From: an uncultured virus (IMG/VR IMGVR_UViG_3300020190_000040) | Lineage: Duplodnaviria > Heunggongvirae > Uroviricota > Caudoviricetes > Kyanoviridae | Reading direction: 5' to 3' (one strand) | IMG/VR virus record: IMGVR_UViG_3300020190_000040 | DNA length: 64,000 nt | Part shown: one piece after another, positions 48,474 to 58,235 of the stretch | Position numbering within the stretch: position 1 is the stretch's first letter | How the letters are laid out: every line of letters begins with the position of its first letter | Made by a program: the position numbers and the translations under genes | The notes under the pieces: generated by a model | The model's database searches: none | Told to the model about the DNA's origin: nothing | Seen by the model: only the letters and a program-made list of their open reading frames with translations

Positions 48474-51353
48474 CTATCTCTGCCCAAGCACAGCAGAGTG
48501 AAGAGAGTTGATATCGTATGGATTGCGCAGCCGCAGTGCCCCGCCGCCGCCTACACCGAACGCTTCACTCAAAGAAGTATTTGCAGCGGTACTCCCAGAT
48601 TGAGAAAGTAATACATTGAAATTAGATAATGGAGATGCTGGTTGGCGTACTGGTGCTACTGGTCTAGTTCCTGGTTTAGTTCCTGATGGTACTGCCGCGG
48701 TGCTGCCACGTCGGTTCGTTTGAGTTCCTGGAACTACTGGTGCTGCAGAACCAGGAGATCCAGAAGGGGCACCAGGAGTCGCTGTGGACGCTGAAGCAAC
48801 GGCGGTGGCGTTTGGATTTGCCTGGTAAGCGGCATTAGCGCCATTAATGGCAGCAATTAATTTATCATCAGGAACTTTTTGTAATCCAATCCATTCATTT
48901 CTGAAGTTAGTTGCATTTGCTCCAGTTTTTAATCTGTATTTAATCAAAGCAATACCAAGTTTATCTTGAGTTACCGCATCATATAAATCCGTTGGTTGTA
49001 CTCCAGTATCACCATAGTTTCCATTCATTAATCCTTTAAGTGTGCTAGCAATAATTTGGTATCTACCAGTAGCATGTAGATCTCCTGATGCTTGTAAGCT
49101 CATTACCTCAGCAACAGTTCTCTGTGTCAATGGTTTTATTACACCACCAATAGCAACCTCGGCAGAATTACCAGAACCATGAGCAACTGTTCCGCCAGCA
49201 CTACCACCTCTATTGAATGCTTCATATCCACCACTACTAGTGCTTTCAACACCAGCAATAAGATCTAGCATATCTTTATAGGCACCAGCATCAGAAGCAG
49301 CAGATCCTCTAGTGCCAGATTGTCCTTCACTTCCCCCATCATCTTCATCTTCACCACGAAGAAATGATCCAATCTTCTTAATCAATCCAAGTATTCCACC
49401 TTCCTCTTGATTTGGTTCTTGAATATTGTTAAGGTTTTTCCCAACTTTAGTAGTAATATTGAATTCTGGTTTGCCATAAACTTTTGCTAAAGGTCCAATT
49501 ATCTGCTGAACAAAAGGTTTTACAGCACCCGCAGCAGGACCAGCATTTTGTATTACTTTATCAGTTACCCCCAGTATGGTAGAAATAGAAGTTTTTACTG
49601 GGTCCGATCCCATTCCAACTAAAGAAGATAAATCCAAAGGTTGCCCTGGTGAAGTAACAAGTTCAGGACCAGCTTCGCCTACCATTGCTGGTACACCACC
49701 ATTAGATAATTTAATCATACCACCTTCAGACATTTTCTTTTGCTTGCCACCAAAAATATCAAATATATCTTTTCCAAGTAATGCTAAATCAGTAACCCAC
49801 GAAACAGCGGTGCCAGCAACAGGTATAGCATCAGCACCTGCTCCGAAAGCAGCAATACCAGCACCAACTTTATCACCCCTGGCTGCTCGATCAGCAGCAT
49901 CAGCAGCGCCAACAGCAGCGCCTACACCAGGAACAGCTTTTCCTCCAAAAGCACCAAATGCTTTACCCAATCTCATAATTTTAGGATTATCAGCAATAAA
50001 CTTTCCAACTTTAGTTATTCCTGATTGCCCAGCACGAAGTAATTTGCCACCCTGATCACCTAAAAATTTACTAACACTCTTTCCTTTATCAACAAAAAAG
50101 TTTTTAGCTCTATTACCTTGTTCAGCAATACCTTTTCCAATGTTTCTTGTAGCGTTATTAAATTTTCTTCTAGCTAATCTTCTTCTTACTCCTGGTCTTC
50201 TACTTCTACGGGGGTTTCGATCTGGTAAATCTATATCAATGCCTCCACCACCACCTTCATCATCACACTCACAGTCATCACCATTGTCACCAGAAATAAA
50301 ATCCATCGCCCTTTGAACTAATCCTTTACCTTCTTTTTGTTTAGAATATGGATCGGAATATTTGACACTACCCGATAGATCAGATCCTTTTTCCAAAGAG
50401 GCTTCACGAGCAGCATTTTCATTTTGTTCTGCTTGTTTTTTCTGTACGTTTAATTGTGTCTGCTTTATTTTATTTAAAGTTTTTCTTAATATATTATTTT
50501 CTTTAATAGATTCCTTTACAGTTGTAAATCTATCAGATATAATTTCCGAAATAGTATTCTCTTGTTTTGATACTGATATAGATTGATCTTTGGTTTCACT
50601 TAGATCAGATAATTTTTTATTTACTCGTTCAAAACTCTTTTGTAATTTGCCAACATAATCTTTAACACATTGACCAATAGACCTGTCCACTACAGTAACG
50701 TACTTATTAGTGTCAAATAAAGATGGTTGTGTATAAGGTGTACTAACAGATGAAGCAGAAGCAACTTTAGGTTGATCTGTTGGTGGTTTAATATTTTTTA
50801 ATGCAGCAGCAAATCTATCTCCTTTATTTGAAGATGGATCCTGTTCTTCTGTTGGGTCGGATGAAAATGTTCCTTTCGTTCTATTAATTAAGTCACCACC
50901 AAATTCAAATCCTAATGCTTGCTTTAAGAAAAATCCTTTTGGTTTTGTTTCTTCACCTCTTTCCTTAGCATTTTTTCTTGCTGTTGCTGCCAAAGAAAAT
51001 GATGATGATATTTTACGTCCTAAGAACTCGGCAAAACTAGAATCTTTTTTCTCTATAGGTTTGTAACGATAAACCTTTATCTTTATTTTCTTTACTTTTA
51101 CTTCTTTTACTTTCTTTGGTTTTTTTAGTTTAACAGGTGGAGGTGGTGCCTGAACATCCGCTATAAGTTTATCTAAATTTTTATCAAAAGCATTTGCCAT
51201 CCTCTCAGCGAGATCATCACTGGGAGCATTTACATCTATGGTAACTGGTTGCTTTTCATTATTACTTTGCACCTCAGAAATAGAGAGTACAACATTTCTT
51301 TCTTCCAGTTCTTCTCCTTTTTTATCTTCAGGTTTCGTTTCTTCTGGATTCAT
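48474..51353 (-). CDS. tape-measure/hub-like protein with C-terminal lysozyme-fold domain
   Basis: LDLIAGVES..GGY...ATGRYQII..TL...QDKL...EWIGL. Confidence 0.72.
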   Translation of the reverse strand: MNPEETKPEDKKGEELEERNVVLSISEVQSNNEKQPVTIDVNAPSDDLAERMANAFDKNLDKLIADVQAPPPPVKLKKPKKVKEVKVKKIKIKVYRYKPIEKKDSSFAEFLGRKISSSFSLAATARKNAKERGEETKPKGFFLKQALGFEFGGDLINRTKGTFSSDPTEEQDPSSNKGDRFAAALKNIKPPTDQPKVASASSVSTPYTQPSLFDTNKYVTVVDRSIGQCVKDYVGKLQKSFERVNKKLSDLSETKDQSISVSKQENTISEIISDRFTTVKESIKENNILRKTLNKIKQTQLNVQKKQAEQNENAAREASLEKGSDLSGSVKYSDPYSKQKEGKGLVQRAMDFISGDNGDDCECDDEGGGGGIDIDLPDRNPRRSRRPGVRRRLARRKFNNATRNIGKGIAEQGNRAKNFFVDKGKSVSKFLGDQGGKLLRAGQSGITKVGKFIADNPKIMRLGKAFGAFGGKAVPGVGAAVGAADAADRAARGDKVGAGIAAFGAGADAIPVAGTAVSWVTDLALLGKDIFDIFGGKQKKMSEGGMIKLSNGGVPAMVGEAGPELVTSPGQPLDLSSLVGMGSDPVKTSISTILGVTDKVIQNAGPAAGAVKPFVQQIIGPLAKVYGKPEFNITTKVGKNLNNIQEPNQEEGGILGLIKKIGSFLRGEDEDDGGSEGQSGTRGSAASDAGAYKDMLDLIAGVESTSSGGYEAFNRGGSAGGTVAHGSGNSAEVAIGGVIKPLTQRTVAEVMSLQASGDLHATGRYQIIASTLKGLMNGNYGDTGVQPTDLYDAVTQDKLGIALIKYRLKTGANATNFRNEWIGLQKVPDDKLIAAINGANAAYQANPNATAVASASTATPGAPSGSPGSAAPVVPGTQTNRRGSTAAVPSGTKPGTRPVAPVRQPASPLSNFNVLLSQSGSTAANTSLSEAFGVGGGGALRLRNPYDINSLHSAVLGQR

Positions 51354-51355
51354 CT

Positions 51356-51529
51356 CTACTGAGCAGCTTTTTGTTGATCTTCTTTTTCTTTAATGTACTG
51401 ATTTAATAAAGAGATGTATATAGTTCTTTCCCATGGCATCATATTTTCAATCTCTGTCAAGCTATATTTATGTTCCTCCATGAGAGTAAAGTTTGTTCTA
51501 TAATAGTTCTCTAGATTATTGTAGAACAA
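51356..51529 (-). CDS. gp51: gp51-like baseplate hub assembly protein (not in ORF track; may be made as a frameshift fusion)
   Basis: LENYYRTNFTLMEEHKYSLTEIENMMPWERTIYISLL. Confidence 0.85.
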   Translation of the reverse strand: MFYNNLENYYRTNFTLMEEHKYSLTEIENMMPWERTIYISLLNQYIKEKEDQQKAAQ

Positions 51530-51531
51530 AC

Positions 51532-52248
51532 TTATCCGAAAAAAGATTGTAAACCCTCCAAGGTATACGTTGATTCCACACCTGTTGAAGGATTAGTTAC
51601 AGAGAATTGATGACGTAACACAGGCATTGTATCAAAGAAATTTTGAATCTTTTCAAATTGCTGCTGTGTAAATGCTTCTATAAAAGAAACCAATTCTTTT
51701 CTTGTTGTAGTAGAAGAATCCCAAACTTCATCTCCCTGAAAAACTTGATCAATACAACCTGCTAGCATATCAAATACTTGATCAGTTGTATCTAAATCTT
51801 TCTCCAGCAATGTGATATTAATAAAATTATTCATGGCAGGATACTTCATTACAATACCAATTGTATCGTCAACCATAATTTTATTTGTATGTCCTTCTGG
51901 TTTAAAAACTTCAATATCATTTAAGTTAATAATAACATCAACTACAGTTTGTTGATCATCTGAACATGTAACTTTCATTGATACTTCTTCACCAGCAGAA
52001 GCAGCTCTAATTTTTAAAAACAAATATTCTAAATCAAAACTAGGGAGGTCTTCTATCTTAATTCTAGCTTGAATACAACTTTTCAGAATATCTTTTACAG
52101 CATTTGTAATTTCTTTTTCATCTTCAGATTCCATTGCCATCAATAGAATTTTTTCTTCTCTGACTAGAAATGGTCTATATTTAATTTTTTTTCCTGTAGA
52201 TGGCAACTCAAGTTCATAAGTTGGTACAGTGGGCTTTGGTAAAGGCAT
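51532..52248 (-). CDS. gp26: gp26-like baseplate hub assembly protein
   Basis: MPLPK...PTYELELPSTGKKIKYRPFLVREEKILL...EGLQSFF. Confidence 0.9.
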   Translation of the reverse strand: MPLPKPTVPTYELELPSTGKKIKYRPFLVREEKILLMAMESEDEKEITNAVKDILKSCIQARIKIEDLPSFDLEYLFLKIRAASAGEEVSMKVTCSDDQQTVVDVIINLNDIEVFKPEGHTNKIMVDDTIGIVMKYPAMNNFINITLLEKDLDTTDQVFDMLAGCIDQVFQGDEVWDSSTTTRKELVSFIEAFTQQQFEKIQNFFDTMPVLRHQFSVTNPSTGVESTYTLEGLQSFFG

Positions 52249-52273
52249 AGCAATTAATCACTCGTAATAATAT

Positions 52274-53059
52274 TTATCCAGCGTAAGCACGTATATTATT
52301 GTAGTTAATAAAATGTCTGGCGTAGTAAAAATTAGCAGAAACTTTTGTTACTTGAGAAGCACCATATGATAATGGAGTAGCGTCAATACTATAGGGAAAA
52401 CAATCAATCATATTATAGCACATCGAAGCTCTTCCGTTGGGAGCATTTTTACTTTTCTCTGTTTTTGTTATTAAAATATTAGATAGATATGTGTTTGGGT
52501 AATTTAGTCTCACAGTTCTGGCGTAACTTCCTGGGGAATTATTACTTCCTGGTGTATTAGCATTGCCACCCCCAGCACCAGCACCACTCTTAAGATCATT
52601 TAAATTTTTAGGTGAACCAAAATAATTTCCAGAAACTTTATTATCTTGTGTATCAAATTCCTGGAATATAAAACCGTACCATATTTCTAAAAATTTTAAT
52701 GGTGTCATGTTAGCATCACACATCCACGACATTTGAAAGTCAGAATATAATTTTGTGTGGGGATAGTTTACTTGTCCTTCTCCTAATAATCTTCCTGTAA
52801 TCTGCCCCGTTGCTGCTTGTATATTTGGTAGTTGTGCTTCATCACAAAACAATTTAACAACAGCACCAGTATCTGTCGGATTAGTAGAGTTTAATACCCC
52901 GCTACTAGTCTTTATTCCATAAGAATCCATTCTTGATGCTAATGCTGATGGCAATCTAAACTCCACATCAAAATTATTGCTGTAGGACATGCCTCCGTTT
53001 TTAGCAATAGTTTCAATGAAAGAACTTATTGATTTGTTTGTAGTTTGTAAATTTGCCAC
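52274..53059 (-). CDS. tail tube initiator / gp54-like protein
   Basis: FCDEAQLP, FPYSIDATPLSYG..QVTKVSANFYY; GTG start below TATAAATA at 53080-53087. Confidence 0.7.
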   Translation of the reverse strand: MANLQTTNKSISSFIETIAKNGGMSYSNNFDVEFRLPSALASRMDSYGIKTSSGVLNSTNPTDTGAVVKLFCDEAQLPNIQAATGQITGRLLGEGQVNYPHTKLYSDFQMSWMCDANMTPLKFLEIWYGFIFQEFDTQDNKVSGNYFGSPKNLNDLKSGAGAGGGNANTPGSNNSPGSYARTVRLNYPNTYLSNILITKTEKSKNAPNGRASMCYNMIDCFPYSIDATPLSYGASQVTKVSANFYYARHFINYNNIRAYAG

Positions 53060-53090
53060 TCTAAATATATGTGAGGGTTTATTTATATTT

Positions 53091-53528
53091 ATGGCATACT
53101 CTGGAACATATAAACCTACCAATCCCAAAAAGTATAAAGGTGATCCAACTAGGATTATCTATCGTTCGATGTGGGAACGAAAGTTTATGGTATTTTGTGA
53201 CACAAATTCCAACATCATTGAGTGGGGGAGTGAAGAAGTAATAGTGCCTTATCGTTGTCCAACTGATGGGAAATTCCATAGATATTATCCCGACTTTTAC
53301 ATTAAAGTAAAGAGCAAAGATAATACTCTTACAAAATATATCATAGAGATTAAACCAAAAAGACAAGTCATTGGACCCAATGAAAAACCAAACAAAAAAA
53401 CTGCTGCTTGGAAAAGAGAAGTCCTAACCTTTTTAAAGAATAAAGCTAAGTGGGAAGCGGCAAAGGACTTCTGTGAGGATCGGCAGATGAAATTTTTGAT
53501 ACTCACCGAAGACCACTTAGGAGTATAG
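53091..53528 (+). CDS. gp4: head completion nuclease gp4
   Basis: MAYSG.YKP.NPKKYKGDP..IIYRS.WE, RYYPDF, IEIKP, KWEAA. Confidence 0.93.
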   Translation: MAYSGTYKPTNPKKYKGDPTRIIYRSMWERKFMVFCDTNSNIIEWGSEEVIVPYRCPTDGKFHRYYPDFYIKVKSKDNTLTKYIIEIKPKRQVIGPNEKPNKKTAAWKREVLTFLKNKAKWEAAKDFCEDRQMKFLILTEDHLGV

Positions 53529-53530
53529 AA

Positions 53531-54238
53531 ATGGCAAGAAAAAAATCTTCTACTTCTGGGATGGGATTTAATCCCACTCCTAGAAAAGTTGATACATCAA
53601 AAGGATACACAACTTTATTCGAAAGAGTAAGCGAAGCAACTGGAGGGGAGAAAAAAGGATTGAGTTGGTATAAACAAACCGTCAATACCTTAGCATCACA
53701 ATTTAAAAAAGAACCAGAAAAATTAATTAGAGAAGAAAGAAAAGATCTTTTAGATGAAGAAGAATTTGAAGATGAAAATATGCTCAGACGTAGAGCAATC
53801 ATGGGGCATTTATATTTCTTTGAATACGAAGCGAAGATGAAATATCTTCCTTACTATGATAAGTTTCCTTTGGTATATGTATTAAAGAGTACAGGAGATT
53901 ATATCATTGGTGCTAATTTACATTACATAGAACCAAAGAAAAGGATACCAATCATCAATAAGTTAAAGCAAGGGAAGATTGATATACCCAAGGTTTGTGT
54001 TCATAAATATATAAATGATCATGTAAAAAGTTTGTTCGTTGATTTAGCGAGCCTAGAATGGGAGACTAGTATTCTCTTACCTGTCGAAGATTTTGTAACT
54101 ACATCTGGGTCTGGAAAAATTTCTTATAATAGACAACTGGTTTGGAATGAAACCAACGAAAAATACACAGATAGATTAAAAGGTCAACGTGTCATTAAAG
54201 GATATGGCAACTCAGGAGATATAGAGAAGGTTAAATAA
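53531..54238 (+). CDS. gp2: DNA end protector gp2
   Basis: LPYYDKFPLVYV, GANLHY, W....LP.E.F. Confidence 0.85.
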   Translation: MARKKSSTSGMGFNPTPRKVDTSKGYTTLFERVSEATGGEKKGLSWYKQTVNTLASQFKKEPEKLIREERKDLLDEEEFEDENMLRRRAIMGHLYFFEYEAKMKYLPYYDKFPLVYVLKSTGDYIIGANLHYIEPKKRIPIINKLKQGKIDIPKVCVHKYINDHVKSLFVDLASLEWETSILLPVEDFVTTSGSGKISYNRQLVWNETNEKYTDRLKGQRVIKGYGNSGDIEKVK

Positions 54239-55296
54239 TGCCAGTTACACTTAGTTTCAACGGAGCAAATCCTACAGGATCGGGAACATTAAGATATCCC
54301 AAAGTTTTGTATGAATCACATACTGACTATGTACGTTTTGATTTTTACAAATACAAACCACCTTTTAGTGCTATAGCAGGAGCTACACCAGCTGTTAATG
54401 CTGCTACTGGAGCACCTGCTCCTGCAGCAGGCGGTGGATTGTCAAATTATAATGCCTCATCTGAGGGTTTGGAAAAAGCTGCTGGTCTAGAAACCATACT
54501 TTTGTATATGCCAGAAGATATTAGTACTGGTACTTCAATTGAATGGACAGGTAAAGGATTTAGTAATGTGGCAGCAGATATTTTACGAGGTTCTAGCATC
54601 CCAAATGGCACAGCAACTGCTGGTGGTGGCGCTGCTGCTGTAACTCAAGCAATTACTGCCGCTGGGCAAAGAGGAGCAAGTATAGCGGCAGATGCCCTAG
54701 CAAAAGCAATCAATGGTTTACCTGGGGGAATCGGTGGTGACGTTAATATGCAGGATATTCTTGGTGGTGTAGGAGGAGTAATTTTAAATCCAAATACAGA
54801 ATTAATGTTTGGTGGTTTTGGTTTAAGATCATTTAGTTTAAAATTTAAAATGTCTCCCAGAAGTAAAGAAGAAGCAATAGAAATTAAAAAAATATGTAAC
54901 TCATTTAGAATAGCATCTTTACCAGAATATGGTCAAAGTCCTTCTGGTGTTTTCGGTGGGGCTGATAAATTTTTAGCCTTTTTCACAAATCCAGGTGGGC
55001 AAGGTGGTACTAGTGATGGAGCAGCAGATGATAATAAAAATTATATTGGTGTTCCTAATCTATGTCGAGTAACTTTTATGAGCGGTTCAAATCCCAACAG
55101 ATACATAGCACAATATAAAGCGTGTGCTATAAATAGTGTTGATATAAATTACACACCTGATGGATCTTATGCTACATTTGGTGGTAATGTAGGTGCTGAC
55201 GAAAGATCTCCTGTAGCAACAGAATTAGCAATAAGTTTCACGGAAACAAAACTATTATACAGATCAGAAGTATCAATAGATGGAGGATCATTCTGA
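54238..55296 (+). CDS. gp48: baseplate tail tube cap gp48
   Basis: LRYP, LYMP, NPNTELMF....RSF...FKM.PRS..EA, NYTPDG.YAT, F.ET. Confidence 0.88.
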   Translation: MPVTLSFNGANPTGSGTLRYPKVLYESHTDYVRFDFYKYKPPFSAIAGATPAVNAATGAPAPAAGGGLSNYNASSEGLEKAAGLETILLYMPEDISTGTSIEWTGKGFSNVAADILRGSSIPNGTATAGGGAAAVTQAITAAGQRGASIAADALAKAINGLPGGIGGDVNMQDILGGVGGVILNPNTELMFGGFGLRSFSLKFKMSPRSKEEAIEIKKICNSFRIASLPEYGQSPSGVFGGADKFLAFFTNPGGQGGTSDGAADDNKNYIGVPNLCRVTFMSGSNPNRYIAQYKACAINSVDINYTPDGSYATFGGNVGADERSPVATELAISFTETKLLYRSEVSIDGGSF

Positions 55297-55961
55297 TGTA
55301 CTTTGGCAACATACCCTATGTAAAATACGATACAAAACCAACTAAGTATCCTTTTTCTGAATCGGATTACGTTATCGCCAAAAACTTTTTTAGAAGATAC
55401 AAAATAAATCCAGATGCTTTTTCATATACAGTAGTATTTAAAAAATATATTTTAAAAGATGGAGAAAGGTTAGATACCGTAGCAAAAAAAGCATACGGTA
55501 ATCAGTTTTATGATTGGATTATTGTTTTGACAAACAACATGATCAATCCTTTATTTGATATGCCATTATCAGAAAATTCATTAAAAAAATTCTGTGAATC
55601 TCAATACGAAGATCCATACTCATCAATAAAACATTACAAAACTATTAGTAACGAGGCTCAAATCTCAGCATTTAATAGAGTTATTATCAAAGGTGATCAA
55701 ATAGTAGATGAAACATTCTACAATTCATCTCACAAAAAATTTAATCAATCCACAAATTCAGTTGAGTCATTCCTTGGTGAGGTGTTATCTACACCAATAA
55801 CATTTTTTGATTATGAAGTGGAACAGAACGAAAAGAAAAGAGAAATATATTTACTCAAACCGAAATATTTAAATACCTTCATAGAAGATTTTAGAAAAAC
55901 AAATTTATATTCATCTTCAACAGACACTATCAATAGTAAAGTTAAGAAAACTGGAGTATAA
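55296..55961 (+). CDS. gp53: baseplate wedge gp53
   Basis: MYF..IP...Y, KNFFRR, LysM-like GERLDTVA...YG...YDWII, NEKKREIYLLKP. Confidence 0.9.
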   Translation: MYFGNIPYVKYDTKPTKYPFSESDYVIAKNFFRRYKINPDAFSYTVVFKKYILKDGERLDTVAKKAYGNQFYDWIIVLTNNMINPLFDMPLSENSLKKFCESQYEDPYSSIKHYKTISNEAQISAFNRVIIKGDQIVDETFYNSSHKKFNQSTNSVESFLGEVLSTPITFFDYEVEQNEKKREIYLLKPKYLNTFIEDFRKTNLYSSSTDTINSKVKKTGV

Positions 55962-55992
55962 AAAAGGGGGGCGTAAACCCCCCTTTACTTTT
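55960..55992. terminator. bidirectional terminator between convergent gp53 and gp32
   Basis: A-run GGGGGG-CGTAAA-CCCCCC T-run. Confidence 0.85.
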
Positions 55993-55993
55993 A

Positions 55994-56899
55994 TCAATCT
56001 TCTTCAGCGAGTCGAGCGAAGTAGCTGAGAGCATCGTCATCATCAGAACCAACAGAACTCATCACAGGAAGAGAAGGTTCACGACGAAGAGGAGCAACAA
56101 AATCTTCATCCTCTTCTTCATTCATACGGTTTGCTACAGTAGCAGCACGAGCATTGGCGGGAGTTTGAGCAATCCCCAGAACCAAATTTAGACGCTGCTC
56201 AAGTTCTTCGTAGGACTTGAATTGATCGGGAGCAGTGAATGCTTCCAGACTGTACTCTTTGTTGTAGATTTCTTCTAGAAGATCATCGTTAGCTGCCAGA
56301 GCAGTGGGAGAATCAAACTCAGAACTATCATAGTTCCAGTAACCAGCAACAGTTTTGATCTTCAGTTTGAAGTTAGCACCTTCCCACAGATCAAATACAT
56401 TTACAGGAGTTTCATCTTGGAACTCAGGTTGCATCGCTGCTTGAATCTTGTCAAAGATTTTCTTACCATACTTGTAAAGGAAAACTTTACCGTTGTTCTC
56501 AGGATTCTTAGGATCCTTAACAACATAGATGTTGCTGTAGTAAGCAAGTTTACGTTTCTGTTTACGTGCTTCTTCCTTATCAGCATCGCTACCGCTATTC
56601 CACAGTTTACGATTCACTTCCCCAACAGGATCCTTACCACCAGTAGTAGTCAAGGAGTTTTCAATATACCAACCACCAGGACCTTGGAAGGCATGAGAAT
56701 ATAGTTTTGCCCAGGGAACGGATTCACCTTTAGGAGCAGGCAGGAAACGGATAACAGCATAACCATTACCAGAAGCATCAAGTTCTGGTTTCCAAAAGCG
56801 TTCATCAGCACCGCCACCAGTAGAAACAGTCTTCTCAAGTTCTTTCTGGAGAAATTCAAAACTGTTTTGGGACTTACGCTTAAGATCAGCAAAAGACAT
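55994..56899 (-). CDS. gp32: single-stranded DNA-binding protein gp32
   Basis: DERFWKPELDASGNGYAVIRFLP, KYGKKIFDKI, NYDSSEF, acidic tail. Confidence 0.97.
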   Translation of the reverse strand: MSFADLKRKSQNSFEFLQKELEKTVSTGGGADERFWKPELDASGNGYAVIRFLPAPKGESVPWAKLYSHAFQGPGGWYIENSLTTTGGKDPVGEVNRKLWNSGSDADKEEARKQKRKLAYYSNIYVVKDPKNPENNGKVFLYKYGKKIFDKIQAAMQPEFQDETPVNVFDLWEGANFKLKIKTVAGYWNYDSSEFDSPTALAANDDLLEEIYNKEYSLEAFTAPDQFKSYEELEQRLNLVLGIAQTPANARAATVANRMNEEEDEDFVAPLRREPSLPVMSSVGSDDDDALSYFARLAEED

Positions 56900-56954
56900 A
56901 GGATTACCTCGGATTAAATTAGATTTGGTCTTTGTGACGCCCGATCACTTAATC

Positions 56955-56983
56955 ATCATAACATAGGCAGAGGTCGGCGTCAA
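56955..56983 (-). promoter_or_regulatory. sigma70-type promoter of gp32
   Basis: TTGACG-17-TATGAT, -35 enclosed by a 9-bp inverted repeat. Confidence 0.75.
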
Positions 56984-57318
56984 CCCTCTGCCTCTAGTTT
57001 TTCTTTCATCATCGAAACTTTCTTCGATAGATCATCAAACATAACAGTCAAACTAACATTAGGATTTCCTCCCAGCATAATAGCAGCTTGTTTCATTGTG
57101 TCTGCCATTTCAACTGCTTCTGGATCATCACTTAAAGCTAGTCTAGTATTAAATATTTTTTGTTTTTCAATCAGTTGTTCTAAAACATCAAAATATTCTT
57201 TCTTTTTTTCTTTAGTGAGTACAGGAAAAGCAGCAGCACATTGAAAACAATATCTTTGTAGCTCCATTATTTCTTGTACTTCACCTCTCACCATTTCAGA
57301 TTTAAAAAATTCAGACAT
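56980..57318 (-). CDS. conserved cyanophage protein (DUF1825-like)
   Basis: FFKSEMVR...LIEKQKIFNTRLALSDDPEA. Confidence 0.75.
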   Translation of the reverse strand: MSEFFKSEMVRGEVQEIMELQRYCFQCAAAFPVLTKEKKKEYFDVLEQLIEKQKIFNTRLALSDDPEAVEMADTMKQAAIMLGGNPNVSLTVMFDDLSKKVSMMKEKLEAEG

Positions 57319-57319
57319 A

Positions 57320-57565
57320 TCAAACTAGCATCAATTTTGCTCTAGAAGTTTTCTTCATATAGTTAAGTTTTTGAGCGTCATACTTAAGTTTATCTTTCAA
57401 AGGTTTAGAAATTAATTTAGGTACTGACTCAATTTCAATTTCATTTCTCTCACAATAATGTACAATAGCGTCGATATAATTCATGGAGTATTCGACAGCA
57501 ATTTTTTCCACATCCTGCGAGAACTTCGCAGCAGTCATAAATTTATCCTCCAGTGTCTCTAGCAT
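57320..57565 (-). CDS. gp33: late transcription coactivator gp33
   Basis: YIDAIVHYCE...IESVPKLISKPLKDKLKYDA. Confidence 0.92.
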   Translation of the reverse strand: MLETLEDKFMTAAKFSQDVEKIAVEYSMNYIDAIVHYCERNEIEIESVPKLISKPLKDKLKYDAQKLNYMKKTSRAKLMLV

Positions 57566-58235
57566 TTTTTTCTTTATATTCTTGGATATATTCTTGTAGT
57601 CTTATTAAGTATTCTTTTTTAGGTGGTTGAATACTGACTTGGCAATCGCCATCTTCACACGAAACAATCGTGACTAATTTCTTAACTTTTAAATTGTATA
57701 TCTCCTGTAACATACAGGCGTAAGCACATTCTTGAACGTAATAGTCATAGAGGTGCTCTTCTTTTTTTATCTTAGCGGAGGTTTTAAAATCTATGATGGA
57801 TAATTCACCATCAAACTCAGCAATACAATCAACTCTACCTGCTATTTTTAGCGTATCAGAATAGAGAGCTGCTTCTTGAAGATATATGTTATTTATACGA
57901 TTTAAAATTTCAACCGCAGAATGAAACATAATGACAGGAAGAGGAGTGTCCTTATAATTTTCTATAACTAATTCATTATTGAAATAATCTTCAACAATTT
58001 TATGGTATTTTGTACCTCTATTGGCAGATCGAGTAGAAATTTGCTGAGCTTTTTCTTTACCAACCCGCCTTCTCCATTCAGATAGAACCTTTTGTTTTCT
58101 ACTATTGTTTCCAATAACAGTTGTCACAGAGGGATGCTTAAACCCTGTAGGTGTAACATAATATCTTTTACCATCAATGGTAACTGTATCCATTTCGATA
58201 GGTTTAAGCAACCCAACATGATTAAACTGTTTCAT
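57543..58235 (-). CDS. PD-(D/E)XK exonuclease
   Basis: PSVTTV, RGTKYH, AGRVDCIAEFDG..IIDFKT, Q..AYA. Confidence 0.88.
   Translation of the reverse strand: MKQFNHVGLLKPIEMDTVTIDGKRYYVTPTGFKHPSVTTVIGNNSRKQKVLSEWRRRVGKEKAQQISTRSANRGTKYHKIVEDYFNNELVIENYKDTPLPVIMFHSAVEILNRINNIYLQEAALYSDTLKIAGRVDCIAEFDGELSIIDFKTSAKIKKEEHLYDYYVQECAYACMLQEIYNLKVKKLVTIVSCEDGDCQVSIQPPKKEYLIRLQEYIQEYKEKNARDTGG

Noticed and set aside
52989..53128. Extended N-termini of gp4 and gp54-like ORFs in the track
   Set aside because: They overlap each other and the late promoters; starts at 53091 and 53059 fit better
57543..58235. Exonuclease as a Cas4 / CRISPR component
   Set aside because: No repeat-spacer array or other cas genes seen; this is the usual gene between phoH and gp33
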